Positions 25,730 to 34,550 of a stretch of DNA of 64,000 bases are shown here, piece by piece. The stretch is from Anaerovoracaceae bacterium (GTDB taxonomy: Bacteria; Bacillota; Clostridia; Peptostreptococcales; Anaerovoracaceae): positions 14,599 through 78,598 of the forward strand of contig JBMNMS010000002.1 in assembly GCA_050953445.1 (NCBI GenBank), written 5' to 3'. A program made the position numbers and the translations under genes. Each line of letters begins with the position of its first letter. Positions within the stretch are counted from its first letter, which is position 1. The notes under the pieces were generated by a model, which searched no databases, was not told where the DNA came from, and saw only the letters and a program-made list of their open reading frames with translations.

Positions 25730-27544
25730 ATGATTTACAAAGCGGAAAAACTGACGAAGATGAAAGGTGCCGACATCATTGCTGAATATATGTTGAAGGA
25801 AAAAATTCCTTACATGATCGGCTATGCCGGACACGGTGCAATCGGTATGTTGGATGCCTTTTATGACAAGCAGGATGACATCAAAATTGTATGGCCTCGA
25901 ATAGAGACTGCATGCGGGTTTATGGCTGATGCTTATTTCCGTATCACCAAAAAAGCCCTGCCGGTTTATGTTTCAACCGGCCCCGGACCTGCTTTATCCA
26001 CCTGCGCAGTTGCCAATGCGTTCTATGATTCGTCCGCATTCTTGCAATTCACCGGACAGGCTCCCTTAAGCCAATTTGATACCGGTGCTCTCCAAGAACA
26101 GTATCGTTATCACCAAGCAGATTTCTCCACCGCCATTCAACCTTTCGTAAAACAAAGTTATCAAGCGGTTACAGCAGAGCAATTAGCGGCCTTCCTGCCT
26201 AAAGCCTTTAAGCTTATGAAAACAGGCCGTCCGGGTCCTGTTCATATTGAGGTTCCATATGACGTATATGGTCTGGAAGGTGATGTGGTAATTGCAGACC
26301 CAATTGATTGGTCCGATTCCATTGAGTGGCGCACAGGTGCTGAAGACAGGGTTATCGGTTCAATATTGCAAAAATTAAAAGACGCTAAACGTCCGTTGAT
26401 TTTGGCAGGGGGAGGAGTCAATCATTCTTCTGCACAGGAACAGCTCCGTGTTTTCGCCGAGAAGATGAACATTCCGGTGATCACATCCCTTATGGGGAAA
26501 TCTTCCTTGCCTGAAACACATCCATTATGCCTTGGTGTCAATGGAACATGGGGACATTATCCAGCGGTAGAAGCGGCACGAAATGCTGATTTGATACTGG
26601 CCTTAGGGTGTCGCTTTAACGACTTACATACAGGAACCTGGCAGCCTGGATTTGCATACAATTTCCCTGTTACAAAACTGATTCAGGTGGACATTGATGC
26701 TGGCGAGATTGCCAGGAACTACCCTGTAGACGTTGGAGTTGTAGGGGATATCCGTACCGTGTTAACCCAGTTAATCGATATGGCTACCGACAAAAAGGTA
26801 GAAGGTGACTATGCTGCATGGCATCAAGAGATTTCAGGCTATCGCAAGGAATGGGATGAATTTGTTACACCTTATGGCGAAAGCGATGCAGATCCCATCG
26901 ATCCACGTCGTTTAATAGCCGATATAAGAAAGGTATCGCCAAAAGATGCTATAATGTTCTCCGATGTGGGTAACAATCAGCCCTGGATAGAACAATACTG
27001 GAGGACAGAGGTTCCCAACACCCACTTTACTGCCGGCGGTTTTGCAGCCATGGGCTTTGGAGTGGTAGGTGTTCTTGGGGCTAAATTGGCCAGACCTGAA
27101 ACCACTTGCATCAATGTGTGCGGAGATGGTGGATTTATGATGATGCCTCATGCGGTTGCAACGGCGGTACAATACAATCTGCCTTGTGTATGGATCGTCA
27201 TGAACAACTATGCCATAGGGGCAATCAGAGATTTACAAAAATTCTACTATGGTGGTCGCATTATTGGAACCAGCTTTGAACGCTATGACGGCCAAAAATA
27301 CCATGATGGTGAATTATGGAACCCGGATTTTGCTGCTATGTCCAAATCCATGGGTGGTGAAGGTGTAACCATCACAAAACCCGGTGATATTGCAGGCGCC
27401 GTTGAGAATGCAATAAAATCCGGAAAGCCGACGGTTATAGATGTGAAAATTGATAGGGATATTACTCTACCTTTGACAACAACCTGGCAGATGCCTCCCA
27501 TTCCGCCGGCACTGCCCACCTTTGGAAAAATCAAAGTACTCTAA
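25730..27544 (+). CDS. Thiamine-diphosphate-dependent enzyme (acetolactate synthase/IolD/glyoxylate carboligase superfamily), substrate unknown
   Basis: 604 aa with catalytic Glu context RIETACGFMADAY, GRPGPVHIEVPYDV, and the ThDP motif GDGGFMMMPHAVATAVQYNLPCVWIVMNN. The unusual GYAGHGAIG N-terminal motif resembles IolD-like members. Confidence 0.85.
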   Translation: MIYKAEKLTKMKGADIIAEYMLKEKIPYMIGYAGHGAIGMLDAFYDKQDDIKIVWPRIETACGFMADAYFRITKKALPVYVSTGPGPALSTCAVANAFYDSSAFLQFTGQAPLSQFDTGALQEQYRYHQADFSTAIQPFVKQSYQAVTAEQLAAFLPKAFKLMKTGRPGPVHIEVPYDVYGLEGDVVIADPIDWSDSIEWRTGAEDRVIGSILQKLKDAKRPLILAGGGVNHSSAQEQLRVFAEKMNIPVITSLMGKSSLPETHPLCLGVNGTWGHYPAVEAARNADLILALGCRFNDLHTGTWQPGFAYNFPVTKLIQVDIDAGEIARNYPVDVGVVGDIRTVLTQLIDMATDKKVEGDYAAWHQEISGYRKEWDEFVTPYGESDADPIDPRRLIADIRKVSPKDAIMFSDVGNNQPWIEQYWRTEVPNTHFTAGGFAAMGFGVVGVLGAKLARPETTCINVCGDGGFMMMPHAVATAVQYNLPCVWIVMNNYAIGAIRDLQKFYYGGRIIGTSFERYDGQKYHDGELWNPDFAAMSKSMGGEGVTITKPGDIAGAVENAIKSGKPTVIDVKIDRDITLPLTTTWQMPPIPPALPTFGKIKVL

Positions 27545-27659
27545 TAGTTTAAATATTCTCTCATTCGGAACGTGATAAAACAAAAATCGGCACTGTATGG
27601 GAAGGCCTGAAAGAGTTAGGCCTTCCCGCTGGGCCGCCTGGAAGAAAGGAAAGTTTGAT

Positions 27660-28430
27660 ATGGATGAAAAGAAACAGCTGATAGATTATCTGTTAAAGTC
27701 TAATCCTTATCCCTGCCTTCACATCCTGGAGGCGGCTTTGGCAACAAGAAAATATAGAGCCAGTGAGGTTATACCGGAAGAATTGATACGTGATATAGGC
27801 AAGGGGCTGGGGGAAGTAACGACAGAAATGGAAATTGAAAACTTAGTAGCCCTGGGTATTCTTGAAAGGATCAATACTGATGATGCGGGAGGTGTCCGGT
27901 TAAAAAAGGAAGCCGAAATTTATGCCGCGGATACGGTGTCACGCTTAAGTTGCAGTCTTGAACTTAGTATTGGTGATCAGAAGATAAAGGCTGAAGATTT
28001 TTTAGATCAACTAATTCATTACATAGTAGATACCCATGTGGTTGCTACAGTAAAAGAGCATAAGGCGGGAAGTTATCTTTTAGAATCTGATGACGGGATT
28101 TATCGTATTCAGCTGGGCACATCACCGTTTTGGTTGCCATTGATTGCAGAAAAGGATGAGAAAGAAGAAAAATATTTGATAGCTTTAGGCCCTTTTTCCT
28201 TTCAGCATTGGGAAGAAATGTACCCCTATTATGACTATGAGGAGTTTAAAAGCCGAGTGGCATTATATGATCCCTGGAGCAGACAAAAAGCCAGTCTGTG
28301 TAAAGGGGGACTTTCGGTATATGTAGACTGGTTTTATCGGGATCGTTATAATGGGAGATTTTCAATTCCCGGTGATTTCTGTGAAGCTCTTCATAACATG
28401 GGGATGATGCGTTATAACGACGAACGCTAA
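27660..28430 (+). CDS. Hypothetical protein, possible N-terminal winged-helix domain
   Basis: 256 aa from ATG 27660 (GGAAAG-type RBS). The N-terminal about 90 aa (..IENLVALGILERI..) look wHTH-like, and the rest has no motif I recognise. Confidence 0.55.
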   Translation: MDEKKQLIDYLLKSNPYPCLHILEAALATRKYRASEVIPEELIRDIGKGLGEVTTEMEIENLVALGILERINTDDAGGVRLKKEAEIYAADTVSRLSCSLELSIGDQKIKAEDFLDQLIHYIVDTHVVATVKEHKAGSYLLESDDGIYRIQLGTSPFWLPLIAEKDEKEEKYLIALGPFSFQHWEEMYPYYDYEEFKSRVALYDPWSRQKASLCKGGLSVYVDWFYRDRYNGRFSIPGDFCEALHNMGMMRYNDER

Positions 28431-28542
28431 AAACATTAAGATGGATGGTTAGAATGAATAAGGAGGCCTATTTTACCTATCACTGGTATTATCTTGGAAT
28501 AATGGAAGATTTAAGAATTCAATTATGAAATGAGGTCAAACA

Positions 28543-29253
28543 ATGACAAATGAACTATTATTGATTGGAACTCTATTCGTGTATTTTACATTTATGGTTC
28601 TTGCCTACAAGCTTTTTGGACGTAGTGGCCTGTATGGCTTTACAATTTTCGCAACGGTTATCGGAAATATAGAGGTTCTTCTTCTGGTCAATGCCTTTGG
28701 AATGGATCAAACACTTGGTAATGTAATTTTTGCGACAACTTACTCCGCTGCAAAAATTTTAAGTGAAATGGAAGGTGAAAAAGGACCTGAGTACGCTAAA
28801 AAAGCAACTTGGCTTAGCGTTGGTACTACAGGTATATTTATGTTTATTACCCAGACCTGGGCTTGGTATGTTCCGTCAGACAGCGGGAACGATTTGCTGC
28901 AGAAGGTATTTGCTAATTCACCGCGTATAATGCTATCCAGTTTAGTAGTATATGCCATATGCATGCTTGTTCAGATCGGTTCATACAAATTTATCTGGGC
29001 ATTACAAAGAAACAAAGAGGGTGGCCAGTGGCTCAGAGCAGGCGCATCCACATTATTTACACAGCTTGTTAATACGATTCTGTTTACATTATTTGCATTC
29101 TTAGGTATCTATGGGTTCGGAGTATTGATTGACATAATGATTGCAAGCTACCTTATCTTTATTGTCACATCCTTCTGGGATACATTAGTACAAATAATAA
29201 CAAAACGTACATGCAAGAATAGCAATATTTTATTTAAGGAGGTTGACGGTTAA
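28543..29253 (+). CDS. YhhQ/DUF165 (VUT-family) transporter-like membrane protein
   Basis: 6-TM protein with the family pattern PRIMLSSLVVYAI..Q.......F and W.RAGASTLFTQLVNTILFTLFAFLG. The two family Asp positions as I recall them read G and N here. Confidence 0.7.
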   Translation: MTNELLLIGTLFVYFTFMVLAYKLFGRSGLYGFTIFATVIGNIEVLLLVNAFGMDQTLGNVIFATTYSAAKILSEMEGEKGPEYAKKATWLSVGTTGIFMFITQTWAWYVPSDSGNDLLQKVFANSPRIMLSSLVVYAICMLVQIGSYKFIWALQRNKEGGQWLRAGASTLFTQLVNTILFTLFAFLGIYGFGVLIDIMIASYLIFIVTSFWDTLVQIITKRTCKNSNILFKEVDG

Positions 29254-29903
29254 TGAAAGTATTGATTACAGGATCTAGTTTAGGCATAGGGCGCGGCACT
29301 GCTGAAAGGTTTTTAGAGGAAGGCCATCAGGTTATAGGTATTGATATTGAAAAGAGCACTATCGACCATGAAAACTATACTCATTACATAGCTGATGTGG
29401 CCGACAAGGACAATCTACCGTATATTGACGGGGTTGAAATCCTTATAAACAATGCGGGGGTACAGGATAGTGGCCGTGATATTGAAGTCAATTTGATGGG
29501 AACCATATATTGTACTGAAAAATATGGAATCCAGCCCGATATTAAGTCCATCATTATTACAGCATCGGTGAGTGCTCACAATGGTGCGGAATTCCCGGAA
29601 TACTGTGCAAGTAAAGGTGGATTGCTACCCTACACCAAGAACGTAGCTATGAGGGTCGCAGAATATGGAGCTACATGCAATAGCATTTCAGCGGGCGGTG
29701 TAATCACGGATCTAAATGCGCACATATTGGAGAACAAGGATTTATGGGATCAGGTTATGGCAGAGACACTTCTTCCAAAATGGGCAACAGTTGAGGAAAT
29801 GGCAGATTGGGCGTATTTTCTGGCCGTTACAAATAAGAGCATGACAGCGCAGGATGTTCTGATAGATAACGGAGAAATCTCAAAGGCAAATTTTGTATGG
29901 TAG
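29253..29903 (+). CDS. Short SDR-family oxidoreductase
   Basis: ITGSSLGIGRG, NNAG and YCASKGG motifs, 216 aa. The ATG overlaps the VUT stop as TAATG (29251-29255), and AAGGAGG lies 10 nt upstream. Confidence 0.85.
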   Translation: MKVLITGSSLGIGRGTAERFLEEGHQVIGIDIEKSTIDHENYTHYIADVADKDNLPYIDGVEILINNAGVQDSGRDIEVNLMGTIYCTEKYGIQPDIKSIIITASVSAHNGAEFPEYCASKGGLLPYTKNVAMRVAEYGATCNSISAGGVITDLNAHILENKDLWDQVMAETLLPKWATVEEMADWAYFLAVTNKSMTAQDVLIDNGEISKANFVW

Positions 29904-30052
29904 CAGATTTTGATTTTGGGCCTTACTAAAAGGGGAACATCTGGGAAAGAGTAATTTTAAAGGGACCGCATATCTCCCCGGCTTGGCAGGCTCCTGACCG
30001 CTTATTATTGCAGTCAGGGCCTTCCGAGTTCCTGTAAATAGGAGGCAAAGCA

Positions 30053-31399
30053 GTGTTAAATGGTAACGAAAACAAAAAAACTGTGGAGGCAACAAATAAT
30101 GGTGTACACAGGGAAGAACCTATTTATCACCTAGATGACAGACCACCTTTCGCCAAACTTGTAATATACTCGATGCAGTTTGTAATAATATTCATAGGCT
30201 CCATAGTTCTAGTCCCGGTTATAGTGGCCGGTCCGCTAAGCTGGGATGGCGAAATGGTTACATTTATTTTGCAATGTGCCATATTCACGGGAGGTATAGC
30301 GACATTTGTTCAGGTTAAAGGTTTTGGGCCTGTAGGTGCACGTCTGCCTATTTTATTAGGAACCACGTTCGTAATTATTAATCCTCTCATTGCAATTACA
30401 TTAGAATATGGATACGATGCTTTTTTGGGTGCGGTAATTGCAGGAGGAATAATTTATGCCATATTCGGCTATTTTGGATTTAAAATACTGTATAAAATCT
30501 TCGGGGGTGTAGTTTCCGGTACCCTTATTGTTGCTATTGCTATGACATTGGCGTTAGCATGTGCCGATATGATGGCGGGGGGAGGAAACCCTGTTGGAAA
30601 AGGGTATGGATCATGGGAAAATTGGATGTTGGCCATAATTACTCTAACCGTATGTCTACTCAGTCATTTCCTGGGAAAATCCTTTATAAAGACGGCAAGC
30701 TTATTCTTTGGTTTAGCCACAGGTTATCTAATTGCACTGGCCATGGATTTTATTGATTTTTCCAATATTGTGAGTTCCGGTTGGTTTTCAATACCAAAGC
30801 CCTTTGCCTTTGGTGTCTCCTTTCATTTGCAGCCAATTTTAATTATGGTAGTGATTTATATAGTAACCATAGTGGAATTTATCGGGGATACGACGGCCAC
30901 TGCCATGGTGTGCGAGGATCGTTTACCTACACAAAAGGAGCTGCGAGGAGGTATACTATGCGATGCTTTATCCAGTGTTTTTTCTGGAATTTTTAATTTT
31001 GCACCGAATATTTCCTATAGCGATGGTATTGGCATCATAGGCACTACACGTGTAGCAAGTCGTGCGGTAATGATTGGAAGTGCTTTTATTATTACAATAG
31101 CCGGCTTAATACCCAAATTCGCAGCAGCATTATATACCGTTCCTGCGTCGGTGTTAGGTGGGGCAACCATGTTTTTGACCGGCATAATGCTGATTGCGGG
31201 CATTGAGGTTATATTGACGCAACCATTAAATCTTCGGAATTCGGTTATAGTAGGGACCTCCCTTGCGGTAGGCATAGGTTTTGGATTCAGTGGGGTTTTC
31301 GAGGGAGCACCGATAATTATTAACACTTTATTAAGTGGAATTCCCGGCACGGCTTTAGTAGGCGGGTTTTTAAACATTGTATTGCCGCGAGAAAAATGA
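30053..31399 (+). CDS. NCS2/NAT-family nucleobase-type permease with atypical signature motif
   Basis: About 13-14 TM segments. GTG start with an AGGAGG RBS. The NAT signature region reads YSDGIGIIGTTRVASR rather than (Q/E)N.G....T(R/K). Confidence 0.75.
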   Translation: MLNGNENKKTVEATNNGVHREEPIYHLDDRPPFAKLVIYSMQFVIIFIGSIVLVPVIVAGPLSWDGEMVTFILQCAIFTGGIATFVQVKGFGPVGARLPILLGTTFVIINPLIAITLEYGYDAFLGAVIAGGIIYAIFGYFGFKILYKIFGGVVSGTLIVAIAMTLALACADMMAGGGNPVGKGYGSWENWMLAIITLTVCLLSHFLGKSFIKTASLFFGLATGYLIALAMDFIDFSNIVSSGWFSIPKPFAFGVSFHLQPILIMVVIYIVTIVEFIGDTTATAMVCEDRLPTQKELRGGILCDALSSVFSGIFNFAPNISYSDGIGIIGTTRVASRAVMIGSAFIITIAGLIPKFAAALYTVPASVLGGATMFLTGIMLIAGIEVILTQPLNLRNSVIVGTSLAVGIGFGFSGVFEGAPIIINTLLSGIPGTALVGGFLNIVLPREK

Positions 31400-31483
31400 A
31401 GCGACTATTCGGTTGAATGTACGAATTATTTCAGTTATAAAAGTAAAAGATAAGAATTGTATAGGTAATTTAAGGAGGAAAAC

Positions 31484-31999
31484 ATGGATTTTTTTGAAGT
31501 TGTAAATAATAGGTACAGCTATCGAGGTGAATTCTTAAAAGAATATATTCCAAAGGACAGTATACGAAAAATTTTATCGGCAGGTATTAAGGCTCCTACC
31601 GGTTATAATCTGCAAAGCACTTCTTTTATTGCGGTTACAGATCCTGGAATCATAGGGGAAATAGCCAAGGCCATTCCCTCACCTGCAACCGAGACGGCTC
31701 CGTTAATCATCGTTGCAATCAGTCAAAACATAGTGAAGGAGGGGTTGTGCTTTGAAGTTGAGGATTACAGTATTGCCTGCGGTTATATGCTATTGGCCAT
31801 TACTGCCTTAGGATATGCTTCTGTTTTTATGGACGGTAATATCAAGATGGGTGCCGGTGAAGTACTTAGAAAGGTACTTAATGTCCCTGAAAAATATACG
31901 GTAAGGGCGATTATGCCGATAGGCGTACCAAAGGACCCTGGAATTCAGGCGGAAAGAATGGACTTTGATGAACGCGTAACCTGGGATATATTTAAATAA
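31484..31999 (+). CDS. Nitroreductase-family protein
   Basis: NRYSYRGEF.. and KAPTGYNLQSTSFI motifs, 171 aa. AAGGAGG RBS. Confidence 0.8.
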   Translation: MDFFEVVNNRYSYRGEFLKEYIPKDSIRKILSAGIKAPTGYNLQSTSFIAVTDPGIIGEIAKAIPSPATETAPLIIVAISQNIVKEGLCFEVEDYSIACGYMLLAITALGYASVFMDGNIKMGAGEVLRKVLNVPEKYTVRAIMPIGVPKDPGIQAERMDFDERVTWDIFK

Positions 32000-32014
32000 C
32001 CGTTATAACATTTT

Positions 32015-32044
32015 AGGCTGCCGGACAGGAGGCAGCCTTTTTTG
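32015..32044 (+). terminator. Rho-independent terminator
   Basis: AGGCTGCC, an 8-nt loop, then GGCAGCCT followed by TTTTTT. Confidence 0.85.
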
Positions 32045-32169
32045 TGGGCACAACAACTTTATGCGATTTTTGTCAAATATGAATTGAATTAATCAAAAAG
32101 TAATGATAGAATTATGCTGTTAATTGTTTTGGGGTAAATCTTTATAGCATTTGAAGAATAGGGGAAAAT

Positions 32170-32964
32170 ATGGAACTTACCACTCTAATAGGCGTAGTAA
32201 TAGGCGTTCTTGCTATAATCGGCGCAATGATATTTAAACATATCAGCTTCTCGGTTTTTATCAATCCGGCAGCAATACTTATAATATTTGTGGGAACTGC
32301 GGCCTCTGTCCTAAATGCATTTCCCGGCAGTGTTCTAAAAAAAACCGGTGTCTTATTTAAGATAATCTTTACCAAACAAAAGGGCATTACGGAAACAGAT
32401 ATAATAAGACTGATGATAGAGCTGTCGGCAGTTGCGAAAAAGGATGGTCTCTTAGCGTTGGAAAAGAAGGTTGAGGAGATAGAAGAGCCTTTCATAAAGA
32501 AAGGTGTTCGCATGGTAGTGGACGGGATACAAGGGGATGTAATCGAAGAAATTTTAGAATCGGAAATCAGGGCTATGGAAAAGCGCCATGATATTCATGC
32601 CAGCATTTTTTCGTCTGCCGGTATGTATGCGCCTACCCTTGGCGTTTTAGGAGCTGTCTTTGGGCTAATTGCAGCAATGGCATCAATTGACGATACCGCA
32701 TTGATGTCAGAAGCCATTGCGGCAGCATTTATTGCCACCATATTAGGAATATTCACAGGCTATGTTTTATGGAGTCCTTTTTCAAAAAAATTAAAGGTAA
32801 AAAGTCAGAATGAAGTCATGATTAAAAATTTAATCCTGACGGGTTTGTTGTCTATACAAAAAGGGGATCCACCGTTTATGTTGAGGGAAAAGCTTCTTGC
32901 CGCCCTACCTTCCGCGATGCAGGATAAAGTTATGTCAGAAATAACGGGTAAGAGTGAGGAATAA
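32170..32964 (+). CDS. motA: Flagellar stator protein MotA (MotA/TolQ/ExbB channel family)
   Basis: 264 aa with 4 TM segments, a large cytoplasmic loop, and the conserved C-terminal TM pair YAPTLGVLGAVFGLI..AAAFIATILGIF. Confidence 0.85.
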   Translation: MELTTLIGVVIGVLAIIGAMIFKHISFSVFINPAAILIIFVGTAASVLNAFPGSVLKKTGVLFKIIFTKQKGITETDIIRLMIELSAVAKKDGLLALEKKVEEIEEPFIKKGVRMVVDGIQGDVIEEILESEIRAMEKRHDIHASIFSSAGMYAPTLGVLGAVFGLIAAMASIDDTALMSEAIAAAFIATILGIFTGYVLWSPFSKKLKVKSQNEVMIKNLILTGLLSIQKGDPPFMLREKLLAALPSAMQDKVMSEITGKSEE

Positions 32965-32981
32965 TAAGGGGATCGAATCTG

Positions 32982-33728
32982 ATGTCAAAAAAAAAGATTA
33001 TAATTTTAAATCATGAAGAGGAAAATGGGGAAGCCTGGCTGCTTCCTTATTCGGATTTAATGACCCTTCTACTTGCAGTATTCATAGTTTTGTTTGCAGT
33101 TAGCCAGGTGGATATAGAGAAGGCAAAGCTCATGTCAGATGAATTTAGCGAATCCATGATGACCAAGAGCTATAATCTTGCAAAGGAGGAAATGAGAGAA
33201 GGGCAATCCACGGATTCGGATAATGAGAATTTTTTGGGTGATGATGAGGAAAGGATGAAGTTAGAGGAGCTGAAAAAGGAGCTGGATGAAAAGCTTGTAA
33301 GTGAAAACATGCACAATCAGGTTAGTACCGCCATAGATAAACGGGGTCTCGTAGTAAGCCTTAACAATGCTGTTTTCTTCGATTCCGGCAGTGCTGAAAT
33401 TAAATCTGATTATAAAAATTCCTTGTTGGAAATAGGGAAAATAATTTGCACTATGGATAATTTCATACGCATTGAGGGACACACGGACAATGTACCTATG
33501 AGCTCAGAAATTTTCCCCTCCAATTGGGATCTTTCCGCTGCAAGGGCAGCTAATGTGGTCAGATTATTTCTTCAAGGTGCAGGTGGAGCCCCCGAAAAAA
33601 TGATTGCAGTAGGGTATGGAGAATATAGACCGGTAGCTGATAATAATACTGATGCAGGACGAACAAAAAATCGTCGCATAGACATTATTGTAATGAGCGA
33701 TAAATATAGTGAAATGGAAAAATCATAA
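32982..33728 (+). CDS. motB: Flagellar stator protein MotB (OmpA-like C-terminal domain)
   Basis: WLLPYSDLMTLLLAVF (the proton-path Asp) plus an OmpA-like domain (IEGHTDN..SNWDLSAARAANV..NRRIDI). Confidence 0.85.
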   Translation: MSKKKIIILNHEEENGEAWLLPYSDLMTLLLAVFIVLFAVSQVDIEKAKLMSDEFSESMMTKSYNLAKEEMREGQSTDSDNENFLGDDEERMKLEELKKELDEKLVSENMHNQVSTAIDKRGLVVSLNNAVFFDSGSAEIKSDYKNSLLEIGKIICTMDNFIRIEGHTDNVPMSSEIFPSNWDLSAARAANVVRLFLQGAGGAPEKMIAVGYGEYRPVADNNTDAGRTKNRRIDIIVMSDKYSEMEKS

Positions 33729-33756
33729 TCCTTCTCACCCATTTTAAATAATACAC

Positions 33757-33783
33757 TAAACTTTTTACGCAGGTGACCGATAT
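33757..33783 (+). promoter_or_regulatory. Sigma-D (sigma-28/FliA)-type promoter
   Basis: TAAA (33757-33760), a 15-nt spacer, then ACCGATAT (33776-33783), against the consensus TAAA-N15-GCCGATAA. It lies 36 nt upstream of ATG 33820. Confidence 0.7.
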
Positions 33784-33819
33784 ATATATTAAGAAAATGG
33801 CATGAGGAGGAGGGATTAG

Positions 33820-34419
33820 ATGAGAATCGAAGGAATTACAAGCAACATACCGACAAAGGCAGTTGTAAACGATAAGGATGCTGACGGGAAGAGCGTAAAA
33901 GCCGGTGCTATCAAAGACTCTGTGTCTGAAGAGAGGGCGGCTGTAGTGTTTAAAAGTGGTGACAAGACTGCGGATAATAACGTTAAGATAGGCTATAAGC
34001 CTGATGAAAAAATGGTAGCAAAATTAATTTCTGAGACCGAGGCCAGGATGGAGCAGCTTAAAAGCTTGGTTGAAAGAATGATATTGAACCAAGGAAAGAA
34101 ATTCAAGAATTCAGCTGAAATGTATGAGGCTCTCAGGGATGGAAAGCTGAATGTAGATCCGGCCACAGCAGCTCAGGCTCAGGCGGAGATTAGCGAGGAT
34201 GGATTCTGGGGAGTCGAGCAAACTTCCGATAGAATGGTATCCTTTGCCAAGGCTCTGACCGGTGGAGACCCTGCTAAGGGGGAGGAGATGAAAGCCGCTT
34301 TTATTAAAGGCTTTGAAGAGGCAAAAAAGGCTTGGGGAGGTGCACTTCCGTCCATATGCAACGAAACTTACGATGCCACAATTAAGAAGTTTGATGAATG
34401 GATTGCCGGTGGAAAGTAA
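33820..34419 (+). CDS. Hypothetical soluble protein, probable sigma-D regulon member
   Basis: 199 aa with a strong GAGGAGGAGGG RBS and no motif I can name. Preceded by a sigma-D-type promoter and followed by a terminator. Confidence 0.7.
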   Translation: MRIEGITSNIPTKAVVNDKDADGKSVKAGAIKDSVSEERAAVVFKSGDKTADNNVKIGYKPDEKMVAKLISETEARMEQLKSLVERMILNQGKKFKNSAEMYEALRDGKLNVDPATAAQAQAEISEDGFWGVEQTSDRMVSFAKALTGGDPAKGEEMKAAFIKGFEEAKKAWGGALPSICNETYDATIKKFDEWIAGGK

Positions 34420-34439
34420 AAGATAAATTATGAAAACAA

Positions 34440-34477
34440 GGATCTTCCTAAGTAGACAATAAGGGAAGGTCCTTTTT
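34440..34477 (+). terminator. Rho-independent terminator
   Basis: GGATCTTCC, a 15-nt loop, then GGAAGGTCC (9 bp including one G-U) followed by TTTTT. Confidence 0.7.
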
Positions 34478-34550
34478 ATAGTTTTGACAAAAGCCTTGCA
34501 TTAATTTTTGTCTTTTGGTAATCTTATACGAGCGAAGGAGGGTGTTATCC

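Noticed and set aside
28431-28542. Expected a preQ1 riboswitch in front of the YhhQ/VUT-type transporter.
   Set aside because: There is no short P1 hairpin followed by the A-rich tail (..AAAAAACUA..) of preQ1-I, and nothing resembles preQ1-II or preQ1-III.
29904-30052. Guanine/adenine (purine) riboswitch upstream of the NCS2 permease.
   Set aside because: The conserved junction sequences (UAUAAU.., ..CUACC.., ..GACUAUG) and the kissing-loop hairpins are absent. Only a generic structured leader remains, and that is reported separately at low interest.
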